Below are positions 8,159-17,287 of a stretch of DNA of 64,000 nucleotides, piece by piece. The notes beneath the pieces were generated by a model. That model was not told the DNA's origin. It was given only the letters and a program-made list of their open reading frames with translations, and made no database searches. This DNA comes from a virus: positions 1 to 64,000 of the IMG/VR virus record IMGVR_UViG_3300009593_000010, one strand, 5' to 3'. Position numbers and translations under genes: made by a program. The number at the start of each line of letters is the position of its first letter. Position 1 is the stretch's first letter.

Positions 8159-8587
8159 ATGGCATATAGTAAACAAGTAGTAGAAAGATTCGAGGATGTC
8201 TTAAACAATCCAGTTAAACATGGAGTAGGACGATTCGACCCTAATGACCCTAATGTGGTTAGTGGTATGGTAGGAGCTCCATCTTGTGGTGATGTCATGA
8301 AACTTGATCTAAAACTAACAGATGAAAATGTTATCGAAGATGTTAAGTTTAAAACTTACGGATGTGGTTCAGCAATTGCATCATCCAGTTTGTTTGTAGA
8401 TATGTTAATAGGTAAAACTATTCAAGAAGCAAAAGAGATAACAGATAAACAAATTGCAACTGTATTAGAACTACCACCTATCAAGATACATTGTAGTGTG
8501 CTTGCAGAAGAAGCCATTGTAAAGGCAATTCAAGAGTGGGATGATAGAATACATCAAAGAAATCAAAATAAAACACTTGACAGATGA
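8159..8587 (+). CDS. iscU: Fe-S cluster scaffold protein IscU/NifU-N
   Basis: GAPSCGDVMKL, FKTYGCGSAIASSS and LPPIKIHCS; all three Cys plus the His are present. Confidence 0.95.
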   Translation: MAYSKQVVERFEDVLNNPVKHGVGRFDPNDPNVVSGMVGAPSCGDVMKLDLKLTDENVIEDVKFKTYGCGSAIASSSLFVDMLIGKTIQEAKEITDKQIATVLELPPIKIHCSVLAEEAIVKAIQEWDDRIHQRNQNKTLDR

Positions 8588-8604
8588 GGATTCTGTAGTA
8601 TACT
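8577..8604 (+). promoter_or_regulatory. sigma70-type promoter upstream of gene 33
   Basis: TTGACA, 16 nt spacer, TATACT. Confidence 0.55.
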
Positions 8605-8634
8605 AGTATAGTAAGTTTAAAAAATAGTGATAGA

Positions 8635-8862
8635 ATGATACTAACCAAAAAACGATTCTCTACTGCAATAGAAGAGATGGTTCTCGACAAAAATATGAAT
8701 TACATAGATGCTATAGTTGCATTTTGTGAGAAACAACATTTAGACCCAGAGTCAGTCAAACACTTAATCACTCCACCTCTCAAGGCAAAGATTGAGGCAG
8801 ACGCACTAGACTTAAACTTCATTAAGAATAACAAAAAAGGTAAGGGGAAACTACCAGTATAA
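8635..8862 (+). CDS. gp33: Late transcription coactivator gp33
   Basis: FSTAIEEMV...NYIDAIVAFCE...LKAKIEADALDLNFI; syntenic with 59 and 32. Confidence 0.85.
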   Translation: MILTKKRFSTAIEEMVLDKNMNYIDAIVAFCEKQHLDPESVKHLITPPLKAKIEADALDLNFIKNNKKGKGKLPV

Positions 8863-8865
8863 GAA

Positions 8866-8994
8866 ATGGCAATAACACACAAAAGATTCAATAAAGATTT
8901 TAAAAAGAAAAGAATACATCATTCTAATCACATTAAAAGAATGGAAGCAATGAAGAATAATTCATTATACATTCAACAGAAGGAGTCAAACTAA
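8866..8994 (+). CDS. Small basic peptide (42 aa)
   Basis: MAITHKRFNKDFKKKRIHHSNHIKRM...; TAATG coupling; read manually. Confidence 0.5.
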   Translation: MAITHKRFNKDFKKKRIHHSNHIKRMEAMKNNSLYIQQKESN

Positions 8995-9152
8995 TGAAGA
9001 GAAGTGGATTTGGATTTACTGCAATTTCTCCAACCAAGAAATCTTCATCAATTGGTCAAGGTGGAAGAGGTAGAAAAGTTAAGATTGCAACTTCCAGCAT
9101 GAACAAGAACAAAAAAAGATCACATAAGCCATATCGCGGACAAGGAAGATAA
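8994..9152 (+). CDS. Small basic peptide (52 aa) ending [13 protein letters not shown]
   Basis: AGGAG SD; TAATG coupling on both sides; read manually. Confidence 0.7.
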   Translation: MKRSGFGFTAISPTKKSSSIGQGGRGRKVKIATSSMNKNKKRSHKPYRGQGR

Positions 9153-9445
9153 TGAAACCTAATAGAAGACCCCAACAACAAAAAGGATACGACAGGAATA
9201 AGAACTTTAAGAAGAAGAAGTTCGATAAACCAAAAGGCCCACCACCTTTTGATGTATTACTTAGACAATTCAAAAAGAAAGTAGAAAGAGCTGGAACCAT
9301 CCAAGAGGTTCGTGATCGTCAATATTATATTAAACCTTCTGAGAAAAGACAAAAGAAGATTAATGCAAGAAAAAGATTAAATGAAAGAAGAATAAGATTG
9401 GAGAAAGAAGTTTGGGAGGCTAGGAAAAGGTCATCCCATTGGTAG
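9152..9445 (+). CDS. rpsU: Ribosomal protein bS21 with a basic N-terminal extension
   Basis: [37 protein letters not shown] matches the S21 pattern (ALRRFKR...E.R.RE.Y.KPS). Confidence 0.9.
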   Translation: MKPNRRPQQQKGYDRNKNFKKKKFDKPKGPPPFDVLLRQFKKKVERAGTIQEVRDRQYYIKPSEKRQKKINARKRLNERRIRLEKEVWEARKRSSHW

Positions 9446-10029
9446 ACTCAAGAACAGGTTATAATGCATTTGAATTATATCTAGGATTGAAACTACACTT
9501 TAATTCTGATTACGACTTCGTAAAATATAATGGTAAGGTTAAAACAAATTTTGATTCATATCTCAAGAGATCAGACAAGTTCCATTTTGGAAAACTTGCA
9601 AAGAATCATGGTAAGGAACTCAAAGATTTTCTTATTGCAAACTTTATCATTGAAGACTATTGGGCTGGAGACCTATTAACACAAGATTGTGAAAATAACT
9701 ACACTACTTACAAAAAATATATGCAATCCCTTTCATATTCTTTTGAACAAGATTGCAGAACTTTACAAGCATCTACAGATGTTTTGGATAATTTATTTTG
9801 CACTGATAATACTACTCATCCCATTATTGTCAGCAATCTTTTATCCAGAACTATTAATCCCATCACATTTGGAATCATTGAATCAAGACTTAAATTTATT
9901 GATGGGGTTTCTATAAAAGAAACTTATGTCTGGCCAGAAGTGAAGAATAGAATGAAAAAATTAATACCATTTTTACCTTATGATGAAAAGAAGATTACGG
10001 ATATATTATTAAAGGTTTGGAGTGAATAG
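9439..10029 (+). CDS. gp59: Helicase loader gp59
   Basis: [24 protein letters not shown]...F.KRSDK; position before gene 32; TTG start. Confidence 0.9.
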   Translation: MVDSRTGYNAFELYLGLKLHFNSDYDFVKYNGKVKTNFDSYLKRSDKFHFGKLAKNHGKELKDFLIANFIIEDYWAGDLLTQDCENNYTTYKKYMQSLSYSFEQDCRTLQASTDVLDNLFCTDNTTHPIIVSNLLSRTINPITFGIIESRLKFIDGVSIKETYVWPEVKNRMKKLIPFLPYDEKKITDILLKVWSE

Positions 10030-10252
10030 AAGGCAGAAACAGGCAATGAGGGAAACTCTTATAACTGTTCTAAGTGGAACATTTGTCAACTGGCCTGTAT
10101 CACTTGCATTTCTTTATATATGTTTAGACCTATTAGAATTATCCACATTCTGGACATCGATAGTAGTGACTGGTGCAGTGATGATGGTATCTTTAGTAAG
10201 AGTTTTTACAATTAGAATGTACTATATTAAAGAAGAAGAAAGAAGATTATGA
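10022..10252 (+). CDS. Small two-TM membrane protein
   Basis: Two hydrophobic segments; GTG start overlapping the gene 59 stop. Confidence 0.6.
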   Translation: MNRRQKQAMRETLITVLSGTFVNWPVSLAFLYICLDLLELSTFWTSIVVTGAVMMVSLVRVFTIRMYYIKEEERRL

Positions 10253-11058
10253 TGTTTGAAGGAACTGCAACAGAAATATTGAATAGAAATTTCCCATCTA
10301 GTTCATACCTATCATTAGATGGAACTAGAACTGCATATATCATAGGCAATGGTCAGTCTAGGATAGGATTAGATTTAAATGTCCTTGGCGGGGACATATG
10401 GGGTTGTAATGCACTGTTTAGAGACTATGAACCAGACTACTTAACCATCCTAGATGTATCTATCATGTCTGAATGTATCATGACTGATTACCCAATATAT
10501 CATCAATGTTATTTTAGTGGATGGAGTCAAGGGATAGTTAGAGAGATGTATGAACTTCATTTAAAACCATCACTAGAACAAGAGAATGAAGTAAAAGAAT
10601 TTATAAATGATGGTCACACACATGTGACTGTTCATGGTGGTCATGGAATTATCAGTGCGATAGGAACCAGACCAGAATATAGAATTAAGAGTATAACTGG
10701 AACAGATGATGAACCAGATTTATTCACCAATTTCTTCTGTGGAACCAGTGCAGCTGCAATGGCTTCAAAGACGAATGAGTATGATAATATAGTTTTTGTT
10801 GGGTTTGACTCAATCTGGAATTATGATCGTACTAAATATAATAACATCTATGCTGGAAGTGAATGTTATGATGATGTTGATGCACCAGAGAACGAAAGAT
10901 TGAAGGGAGACCCAATGGTGAATCCCAACGATAATTTTAAAGGTAATCAAACTGCACAACTGAAATTATTACTTGACACATTCCAAAACATAGATTATTA
11001 TATAATGAAGGATGAACTTAGTGTGAGTCCTTTAACTTATGATGTAATAAACGATTAA
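10249..11058 (+). CDS. MAF/DUF115-like (glycosyltransferase-type fold) hypothetical protein
   Basis: AYIIGNGQSR...GCNALFRDYEPDYL...G.SA...FVGFD pattern. Confidence 0.5.
   Translation: MMFEGTATEILNRNFPSSSYLSLDGTRTAYIIGNGQSRIGLDLNVLGGDIWGCNALFRDYEPDYLTILDVSIMSECIMTDYPIYHQCYFSGWSQGIVREMYELHLKPSLEQENEVKEFINDGHTHVTVHGGHGIISAIGTRPEYRIKSITGTDDEPDLFTNFFCGTSAAAMASKTNEYDNIVFVGFDSIWNYDRTKYNNIYAGSECYDDVDAPENERLKGDPMVNPNDNFKGNQTAQLKLLLDTFQNIDYYIMKDELSVSPLTYDVIND
10973..11001 (+). promoter_or_regulatory. sigma70-type promoter upstream of gene 32
   Basis: TTGACA, 17 nt spacer, TATTAT. Confidence 0.6.
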
Positions 11059-11091
11059 TACATTTAACACGATAAATACGAGGAAAATATT

Positions 11092-11988
11092 ATGTCTTTT
11101 CAAGACTTAAAAAGAAACCGCAGTGGGTTCGATACACTGCAAAAATCACTAGAAACCTCTAGTGGAAATAATACCCAAAAATCATTTGCTGATGATCGTT
11201 TCTGGAAAATAGAAATGGATAAATCTGGTAATGGATATGCAGAACTAAGGTTCTTGCCTGCACCTAATGGTGAAGACATGCCTTGGGTTCAGTATTGGGA
11301 TCATGGATTTCAAGGGCCAGGTGGTTGGTATATTGAAAAGAGTTTAACGACTCTTGGAAATTCCGACCCAGTTTCAGATTACAACTCTGAACTATGGAAC
11401 TCTGGAATCGAAGCAAATAAAGATATTGCAAGGAAACAGAAACGAAGATTACATTATGTATCTAATGTTTATGTTGTCTCAGACCCAGCACATCCAGAGA
11501 ACGAAGGTAAAGTTATGCTTTATCGTTTCGGTAAGAAAATCTTTGAGATGTTAAAGGATAAAATGCAACCTCAGTTTGAGGATGAACAAGCAGTTAATCC
11601 TTTTGACTTATGGGAAGGTGCAAACTTTAAAGTTAAGGTAAGGAAAGTAGATGGATTCTGGAACTATGATAAGTCTGAATTCACTGCACCAAGACCTTTG
11701 TTTGATGATGATGAAAAATTGGAAGCAACTTGGAATTCTCAACACTCTCTTGCTGGTGTAATTGCACCAGATCAATTCAAATCTTTTGATGAATTGAAAG
11801 AGAAGTTGGATAGAGTTCTAGGACTTGCTGTTGGATCCGCAACTGCACAATCAGTTAGTCAAGACAACTCTGATGTTGCACATCCATCACCAATGCCTGT
11901 TGCATCTGAACCAGTGACACCAGTAGTTAACGACTCGGCCGAGACAGAATCAATGTCTTACTTTGAGAAGTTAGCAAATGATGTTTAA
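11092..11988 (+). CDS. gp32: Single-stranded DNA-binding protein gp32
   Basis: DDRFWK...GNGYAELRFLPAP, HGFQGPGGWYIE, RYGKKIF-like RFGKKIF, FDLWEGANFK; acidic tail ending YFEKLAND. Confidence 0.97.
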   Translation: MSFQDLKRNRSGFDTLQKSLETSSGNNTQKSFADDRFWKIEMDKSGNGYAELRFLPAPNGEDMPWVQYWDHGFQGPGGWYIEKSLTTLGNSDPVSDYNSELWNSGIEANKDIARKQKRRLHYVSNVYVVSDPAHPENEGKVMLYRFGKKIFEMLKDKMQPQFEDEQAVNPFDLWEGANFKVKVRKVDGFWNYDKSEFTAPRPLFDDDEKLEATWNSQHSLAGVIAPDQFKSFDELKEKLDRVLGLAVGSATAQSVSQDNSDVAHPSPMPVASEPVTPVVNDSAETESMSYFEKLANDV

Positions 11989-12020
11989 GATTCTTTAGAC
12001 AAGTTTGTAAATGTGAATTT

Positions 12021-12028
12021 TATAAATA
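12021..12028 (+). promoter_or_regulatory. T4 late promoter with no downstream protein gene on plus
   Basis: TATAAATA about 20 nt before the structured GC-rich element. Confidence 0.7.
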
Positions 12029-12048
12029 TATAATGCACAAACACTAAA

Positions 12049-12181
12049 GAAGTAGGGGACTAGTTTTCGAGTGCTAGTCAGATTGAGGACAGACGGATGG
12101 GGTCACTCAATTCGAGGAAAGATATCAAGCGGCAGAGGATATCGGATTAACGGCGGGAGAAGGGGCCAGTTCAATCACTTC
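12049..12181 (+). ncRNA. Candidate structured ncRNA (terminal helix closing four hairpins, GGA-rich)
   Basis: About 50% GC by my count (67/133), well above the AT-rich flanks. Stems: GAAGT/ACTTC, GACTAG/CTAGTC, ATTGAG-GAC/GTC-CTCAAT, GATATC/GATATC and GATT-AAC-GGC/GCC-GTT-AATC. Confidence 0.6.
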
Positions 12182-12563
12182 AAAATTTTCTATACCAATA
12201 GATTCCATTATGCATAACGACTACTCCTTGAACTCCATTTAACCATCTGAGTGCTTTCTCTCTATCGTTCACTTGTTCATCAAGTATATTATAGATAAGA
12301 ATATTACCAAAAAGTTTTAGAGTAACCAGTTGACCCTTTGTAGGTCTCTCTCCTAATATTGGGTTCCTTTCAACGATAGGACAATATGGTTGTTTCTGAC
12401 AATCTATCATTGAAAATGTTTGGTATGTATCAAGAACAGAAAGTGCTACATAAGACTTCCAGAGTTTTTGTTCCTTCTCAGACCAATCTGAGGGTTTTGC
12501 TTGCAAAGGTTCGCAACTACCCGCTGCAGATATGAGAAGTATAATTGTAAATATCCATTTCAC
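12180..12563 (-). CDS. Exported/membrane hypothetical protein
   Basis: N-terminal signal (possible lipobox AAGSC); DTYQT...ERNPILG motif. Confidence 0.65.
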   Translation of the reverse strand: MKWIFTIILLISAAGSCEPLQAKPSDWSEKEQKLWKSYVALSVLDTYQTFSMIDCQKQPYCPIVERNPILGERPTKGQLVTLKLFGNILIYNILDEQVNDREKALRWLNGVQGVVVMHNGIYWYRKF

Positions 12564-12587
12564 TCACTCACACGCCTCCATCACGCA

Positions 12588-14726
12588 CTATAGTTGTTGG
12601 GAAACTCCCTTCTCTTCGTTTAATGCTTCAACTATCTGAATATTCTTAGTTATATTATTAACTGGATTAGTTGAAGATAATACTTGGTTTATATTTGCAC
12701 CACCACCTTGTTGCATTGATCTACCATCTGCAATCGTTCTTGCAGATTCAGTTAGTGTTGAACCAGATGTTGAAGGAACTATAACTGTTCCCATTGTTGC
12801 AACATTCATTGATGGTGTAATAACAAGACCATCTATTGAACCCAAAGTCTCTAGTCCAGACCTAAAGTTTGCAAGTGCATCCTTATCAAATCCGTCTAAT
12901 GATTTCTTGAGTATATCAAAACTATCTGCAACTGCCTTAACTGAATTTGCCTTACCTTCAAAGTTATCTGGAAGATCACCAACTTCTCTTAATAGGTCAA
13001 TTGGTGAATTACCTGTTAGATTATCCCACCAACCTATATCTGCACCTTTTATCCCAGAGAACATACCAAATCCTTTTGCAACACTTTCAATTGCAGGGCC
13101 CATTTTTACTAATTTTTCACTCTTAATATCTTGTAATCTAATTAGATTATCAACCATACCATCTAATGGAGAATGTCTATCAAAGAATGTTGTTGGAACA
13201 GAGGAGACTAGTTTTGTTATTTCTGCACTGACACCAGCAAGATTTTTGATATTGTTCTTTATTATATCGGTGTCTAATTCTGCAAAGGGTTTAACATCCT
13301 TTGCAAATCTACCTAAAGATGCACCTAATGCTAACAACATAACAGATAATGTTGCAATCCCAGCAGCTGCAACCAATGCTCCTACACCACTAGAAACTAA
13401 CATCCCAACTACAGCTACTAGTGCAGTTAGTCCTGTCATTGATGCAAGTATATCCAACATGGGTAAGTCTGCAAATGATTGCATTCCATCGAATGCTCCC
13501 ATTTTTTCACCAAGTGCAAATGCACCAAAGATTGCAAGGAGACCTAATCCGAGTGCAGCTCCACCAGCAATAATACCTATTGCACCTCTCGTCATTGCAG
13601 CGGAAAATGCAACTAGACCTTTTGCTGCAACCATAAGTCCTGCCCCAGCAGGCCCTGCAGAGACGGCTGCAACACCTAAGAATGCAGCTATACCCAACAA
13701 TCCTTTTTCTTTGATTGTTAGATCACTATCTTCATCAACTTCTAAAGATTTACCTTCTTCCTTCTTCCTACCTTCTTTTAATTTTGACCTAGCATTCTTC
13801 TCTCTCTGAGATGCATCTGCCTTTAACTTCTTCTTATCTAAAACATTTCCTTCTTTTTGAAGTTTTGCCATTGTGTCGAGAGCTCTCTTTTGAGCTCTTG
13901 CACCTTTCAATCTTACATATGTTTCTGCAATAAACTTTTTCAATAAGTTTCCAACAAAACTAGATATAGTACCAAGAAATGGTATGTTATTAACAACCAT
14001 ACCTATACCACCAGAGATTCTCATCATGTCTCCTTTAAGACCAGATGCTAAATCTGATCCTATGGAACCCATTGTTATATCTTTTTGCCAACCTTCAATT
14101 GTCCCACCTAGTTTTTCCATGTATGCTGTAAAATTTTTATAAGAGGGTGTCATATCTCTCAATATCTCTTTCATAGGTTTATGATACTGTTTACCAGTTA
14201 ATACTTCCTGTTGAAGTACCTTCTCTCTTAACAAGAGGTCTTTGAAGTTTGAATCTTCGATCTTACCACCAGTGACCTCAAGATTTTCAGAAATTAATTT
14301 TATAGCATCTTGAGTCTCAACTAATGCAAATTTACTCTCTCTTTGGATTGCTCTTTCTTCGTCAGTTTTACCATCAAGTTTATTGATTAGATCGGTGACT
14401 CTTGCTTTTTCTCCCTCTTCGGTTAAGTGACTTCCACCAGTAAATCTACCTTTTTTATCACGATTCATCTTGCTGTTATTAATATCCATTCCAGATCGTG
14501 TTTTAGCAGACTCCTCACTATTGTCTTTAATAATCTTACCCAACTCAGCAAAGTTTTGTGCAGTTGCAAGTTTCTTTTGAAGTGCAAGGTCTTCTTTATC
14601 AAGTGCTAACCTTTCCTTCTGAACAATTAAATCTTCATTGGACTGTTGTTGTTCTAGTTTTTGATATTTACTATCTGCTGCAGCCTGTTTCTTCTGTTGG
14701 TCTTTAATGTGTTGGTCAGATGACAT
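12588..14726 (-). CDS. Tail tape measure / baseplate hub protein (gp29-like)
   Basis: 712 aa; coiled-coil N terminus, central Ala/Gly-rich hydrophobic stretch; downstream of gp26/gp51 chaperones. Confidence 0.6.
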   Translation of the reverse strand: MSSDQHIKDQQKKQAAADSKYQKLEQQQSNEDLIVQKERLALDKEDLALQKKLATAQNFAELGKIIKDNSEESAKTRSGMDINNSKMNRDKKGRFTGGSHLTEEGEKARVTDLINKLDGKTDEERAIQRESKFALVETQDAIKLISENLEVTGGKIEDSNFKDLLLREKVLQQEVLTGKQYHKPMKEILRDMTPSYKNFTAYMEKLGGTIEGWQKDITMGSIGSDLASGLKGDMMRISGGIGMVVNNIPFLGTISSFVGNLLKKFIAETYVRLKGARAQKRALDTMAKLQKEGNVLDKKKLKADASQREKNARSKLKEGRKKEEGKSLEVDEDSDLTIKEKGLLGIAAFLGVAAVSAGPAGAGLMVAAKGLVAFSAAMTRGAIGIIAGGAALGLGLLAIFGAFALGEKMGAFDGMQSFADLPMLDILASMTGLTALVAVVGMLVSSGVGALVAAAGIATLSVMLLALGASLGRFAKDVKPFAELDTDIIKNNIKNLAGVSAEITKLVSSVPTTFFDRHSPLDGMVDNLIRLQDIKSEKLVKMGPAIESVAKGFGMFSGIKGADIGWWDNLTGNSPIDLLREVGDLPDNFEGKANSVKAVADSFDILKKSLDGFDKDALANFRSGLETLGSIDGLVITPSMNVATMGTVIVPSTSGSTLTESARTIADGRSMQQGGGANINQVLSSTNPVNNITKNIQIVEALNEEKGVSQQL

Positions 14727-14736
14727 TTCTTATTTC

Positions 14737-15123
14737 CTAATTTGGGTTGTTGTCGCCGTGTTCTTTTGCAGCCGAGTTGACATAAAGTCCAAACCATGCA
14801 GCTCCAGCACCTACCAATATGGATATCAGTCCAGATTGTTCTAATGTAGGGGCCTCTAATTCCATGAACCAGAATGTTGAAAAATAGAGTAGGTACATAT
14901 ATACACCTAAGAATAATCTTGGTATGATTCTCCATGCATCCATAGTCTTAGCTGCATGAATCCACTTCTGCCATGGATTTCTTTTATCCTCTAATTCTGG
15001 GTCTGTTGCTTCCCTTAGTTTATCTTTTAAGTCAGATATCTCTGCTGACATGCTCATGAACTTATCCAGATCAATCTGGACTTCGTTTCTAGTCATGTCT
15101 CCTACAATTCTATCATCACTCAT
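14737..15123 (-). CDS. Two-TM membrane protein with an N-terminal coiled coil (holin-like)
   Basis: DAWRIIPRLFLGVYMYLLY and QSGLISILVGAGAAWFGLYV TM segments. Confidence 0.5.
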   Translation of the reverse strand: MSDDRIVGDMTRNEVQIDLDKFMSMSAEISDLKDKLREATDPELEDKRNPWQKWIHAAKTMDAWRIIPRLFLGVYMYLLYFSTFWFMELEAPTLEQSGLISILVGAGAAWFGLYVNSAAKEHGDNNPN

Positions 15124-15155
15124 AATACTCTCCTATTATAATCTATGAATGGAGT

Positions 15156-15311
15156 TTATCTCGCATTCTTCTGTTGTTTGAGTCTCATCTCTTCCTCTTC
15201 TAACCATTGAGTGAGAAGAGTTATGTATAACTCCCTTTCCCAAGGCTCCATTCCTTCTAATTCATTCAGACTGTATTTGTGATGTTGTATCATCGCAAAG
15301 TTTGTCTGCAT
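15156..15311 (-). CDS. gp51: Short gp51-like baseplate hub assembly protein
   Basis: MQTNFAMIQHHKYSLNELEGMEPWERELYITLL; read manually; frame stays open upstream into the gp26 3' end. Confidence 0.85.
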   Translation of the reverse strand: MQTNFAMIQHHKYSLNELEGMEPWERELYITLLTQWLEEEEMRLKQQKNAR

Positions 15312-15340
15312 ATAATTAGCTAATGTTTCATGAGAAAGGG

Positions 15341-16051
15341 TTATCCGAAAAAATTTTGAAGTCCCTCAACCTCTATGCTATTTTCGTATCCACACTTCTC
15401 GTCTTTACAAACAAATTTAATATCATATCCAAGTCTGGGTAAATTTTCAAAGAATTTTGACATCTTCTCAAATTGTTCCCCAGTTAACCCATCCATGAAT
15501 TGACCTAACTCTTCAATATCAAAATCATCTCTTGTATGAACCTCTTCTTTATCGAAGATATTAACAATACACATTTCAACCATTTTAAATAGTATCTCAG
15601 TATTCAACTCTGGGGATACTTCCATCAGAGATTCAACTGCACCAAAGACTGGTGGTTGCATTGTCACACCAATGTCATCAGTTAATTGGACAACTGTTTG
15701 TCCATTACCTTCTGCATTCTTCATAACAACTTCTTCTAGGTTAACTGTCACTGCATTGGGTGTTTCACAAATATCACATGGATAACTGATAACACTCGTC
15801 TCACCAACAGACTTCATTCTTATCTGTATAAACAGATATTCTACATCAGGGCCTGGCAGAAATTTTATATCAACATCTGAACAAGACTGTGTAATATTAA
15901 ACAATGAACTTGCAATAACTTTTGCACTTCCATCCTCTAATGCTTGTAATAGAACCTTTTGTTCTTTTACTGTAAAGGGATGGATTTTAACCTTCTCTTT
16001 ACTTACTGGTAGTTCAACTTCATATTGAACTTTGTTTACTTGTGGTAACAT
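15341..16051 (-). CDS. gp26: Baseplate hub assembly chaperone gp26
   Basis: YEVELPVSK...PFTVKEQKVLL, DVEYLFIQIRMKSVGE, CDIC...C..C, GLQNFFG. Confidence 0.9.
   Translation of the reverse strand: MLPQVNKVQYEVELPVSKEKVKIHPFTVKEQKVLLQALEDGSAKVIASSLFNITQSCSDVDIKFLPGPDVEYLFIQIRMKSVGETSVISYPCDICETPNAVTVNLEEVVMKNAEGNGQTVVQLTDDIGVTMQPPVFGAVESLMEVSPELNTEILFKMVEMCIVNIFDKEEVHTRDDFDIEELGQFMDGLTGEQFEKMSKFFENLPRLGYDIKFVCKDEKCGYENSIEVEGLQNFFG
15347..15353 (-). promoter_or_regulatory. Predicted -1 ribosomal slippery site U-UUU-UUC
   Basis: gp26 codons AAU-UUU-UUC-GGA-UAA; the -1 frame is the gp51 frame. Confidence 0.6.
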
Positions 16052-16084
16052 CTTTTCATTTCTCCATCATATAGTTGGTTGTTA

Positions 16085-16693
16085 CTAACCAAACAATTCG
16101 TTATTTAATTTCTCTTGAACTTTTCTTCCAAGTTTCTTTCCTACTTTACTAAGGAATCCACCAATAAGACTACTAGAGCCTGCATTGGGGTATTCTGAAT
16201 AGAAGTTTCTATACATAAATTGACAACTAACTTTTTGAATAGAACTATCATCTTGACTGAATGCCATTGAACTTATTTGCATAGGAAATGCCTCAACCAT
16301 TACAGTTCTCATAATACATTGACCATAATGGTCTAGTTGTTCTAAATATATTGTACCTTGATAATCATCATGGTATCTATTCATAAATTCTGGGAATGGA
16401 CTAAATATTTGTTCTTGCCAAAGATCAATTATCCTTCTATCTTCCATTCTATTATCTAATCTAAAGACACAATCAAATGGATCATACTGAGGTGCAAGGG
16501 GAACTGTTCTTCTTGGGCCATGATCTGCTGGTGTTGCAGTCATAAATCCACGGCCTGGATGAGATGCACTCTCACATCTAATTCCTCTTAATTTTAGTCC
16601 CTTTACCTTATTTCCAACACCAAAGATTGCAACATTAAACCTGTTAGGTCTTGCCATCGAGTCATATTGTGATTTAAATTGGTCTATCTTCAT
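16085..16693 (-). CDS. gp54: Baseplate tail-tube initiator gp54 (gp19-like fold)
   Basis: MARPNRF...CESASHPGR...EAFP..I....FS....C.F.YR; synteny. Confidence 0.8.
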   Translation of the reverse strand: MKIDQFKSQYDSMARPNRFNVAIFGVGNKVKGLKLRGIRCESASHPGRGFMTATPADHGPRRTVPLAPQYDPFDCVFRLDNRMEDRRIIDLWQEQIFSPFPEFMNRYHDDYQGTIYLEQLDHYGQCIMRTVMVEAFPMQISSMAFSQDDSSIQKVSCQFMYRNFYSEYPNAGSSSLIGGFLSKVGKKLGRKVQEKLNNELFG

Positions 16694-17274
16694 CTCATTG
16701 CTTTCCTACTATCTGAGTATACTTGTTTAATACCAGCTTTCTTAAATTGTTCTACTGGTAAGAATATTGCAATTTCCCAGTCTGCTGAATCGACTAGTGC
16801 AATCTTACTTCTTATATGTTTAGTAAGATAATGTTTTACAGTTGCTTTATAGAAAGGTTTTTGTGCAACGGACTTAATAAGGTTGTAGTTTATCATCATC
16901 TTAGTTGTATCATCATATTTGGTATTATTAACAGTATCATACAATGCATCTAGGAATTGTGCCCTCATTGTGTGTGGTAGATAGTGTAGATTCATCCCTA
17001 AGAACCCATCTTTTGCCTTCTGGAAAGGAATCACTAATGGAAACCTATCGTAATAAGGTAATGTCTTCTTATGTTTTGGATCATAAAACATCATTGCCAT
17101 ACTACCAAAAATTGGTGTTGCTCTTTGTCGTTGATCTGTAATCAGACCTTTACGACTAGGAGTCCTCATCTGAGACACACGAGTTCTGAACCATTGCATA
17201 GACTTCTTCGTCCTTGCAGTGATACCACCACGAAATGCCTCTCGTTCTAACCTGTCAAATAGTTTACCTGCCAT
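16690..17274 (-). CDS. gp2: DNA end protector gp2
   Basis: YDPKHKKTLPYYDRFPLV, GMNLHYLP, VKHYL, DWEIAIFLP. Confidence 0.9.
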   Translation of the reverse strand: MAGKLFDRLEREAFRGGITARTKKSMQWFRTRVSQMRTPSRKGLITDQRQRATPIFGSMAMMFYDPKHKKTLPYYDRFPLVIPFQKAKDGFLGMNLHYLPHTMRAQFLDALYDTVNNTKYDDTTKMMINYNLIKSVAQKPFYKATVKHYLTKHIRSKIALVDSADWEIAIFLPVEQFKKAGIKQVYSDSRKAMR

Positions 17275-17279
17275 ACATG

Positions 17280-17287
17280 TATTTATG
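17280..17287 (-). promoter_or_regulatory. Late promoter variant CATAAATA for gene 2
   Basis: tatttatg on plus, 6 nt before the gene 2 start. Confidence 0.55.

Noticed and set aside
12049-12181. ncRNA candidate as RNase P RNA, tRNA or SRP RNA
   Set aside because: GAGGAAAG and GTTCAATC give a superficial resemblance only. It is too short for RNase P and lacks the P4 partner, has no 7-bp acceptor or anticodon geometry or CCA, and has no SRP helix-8 motif.
12907-13809. 300-aa plus-strand ORF
   Set aside because: It is the codon-register shadow of the minus-strand tape measure gene; the other antisense ORFs inside gp6, gp7, gp8, VrlC and fibre genes are rejected for the same reason
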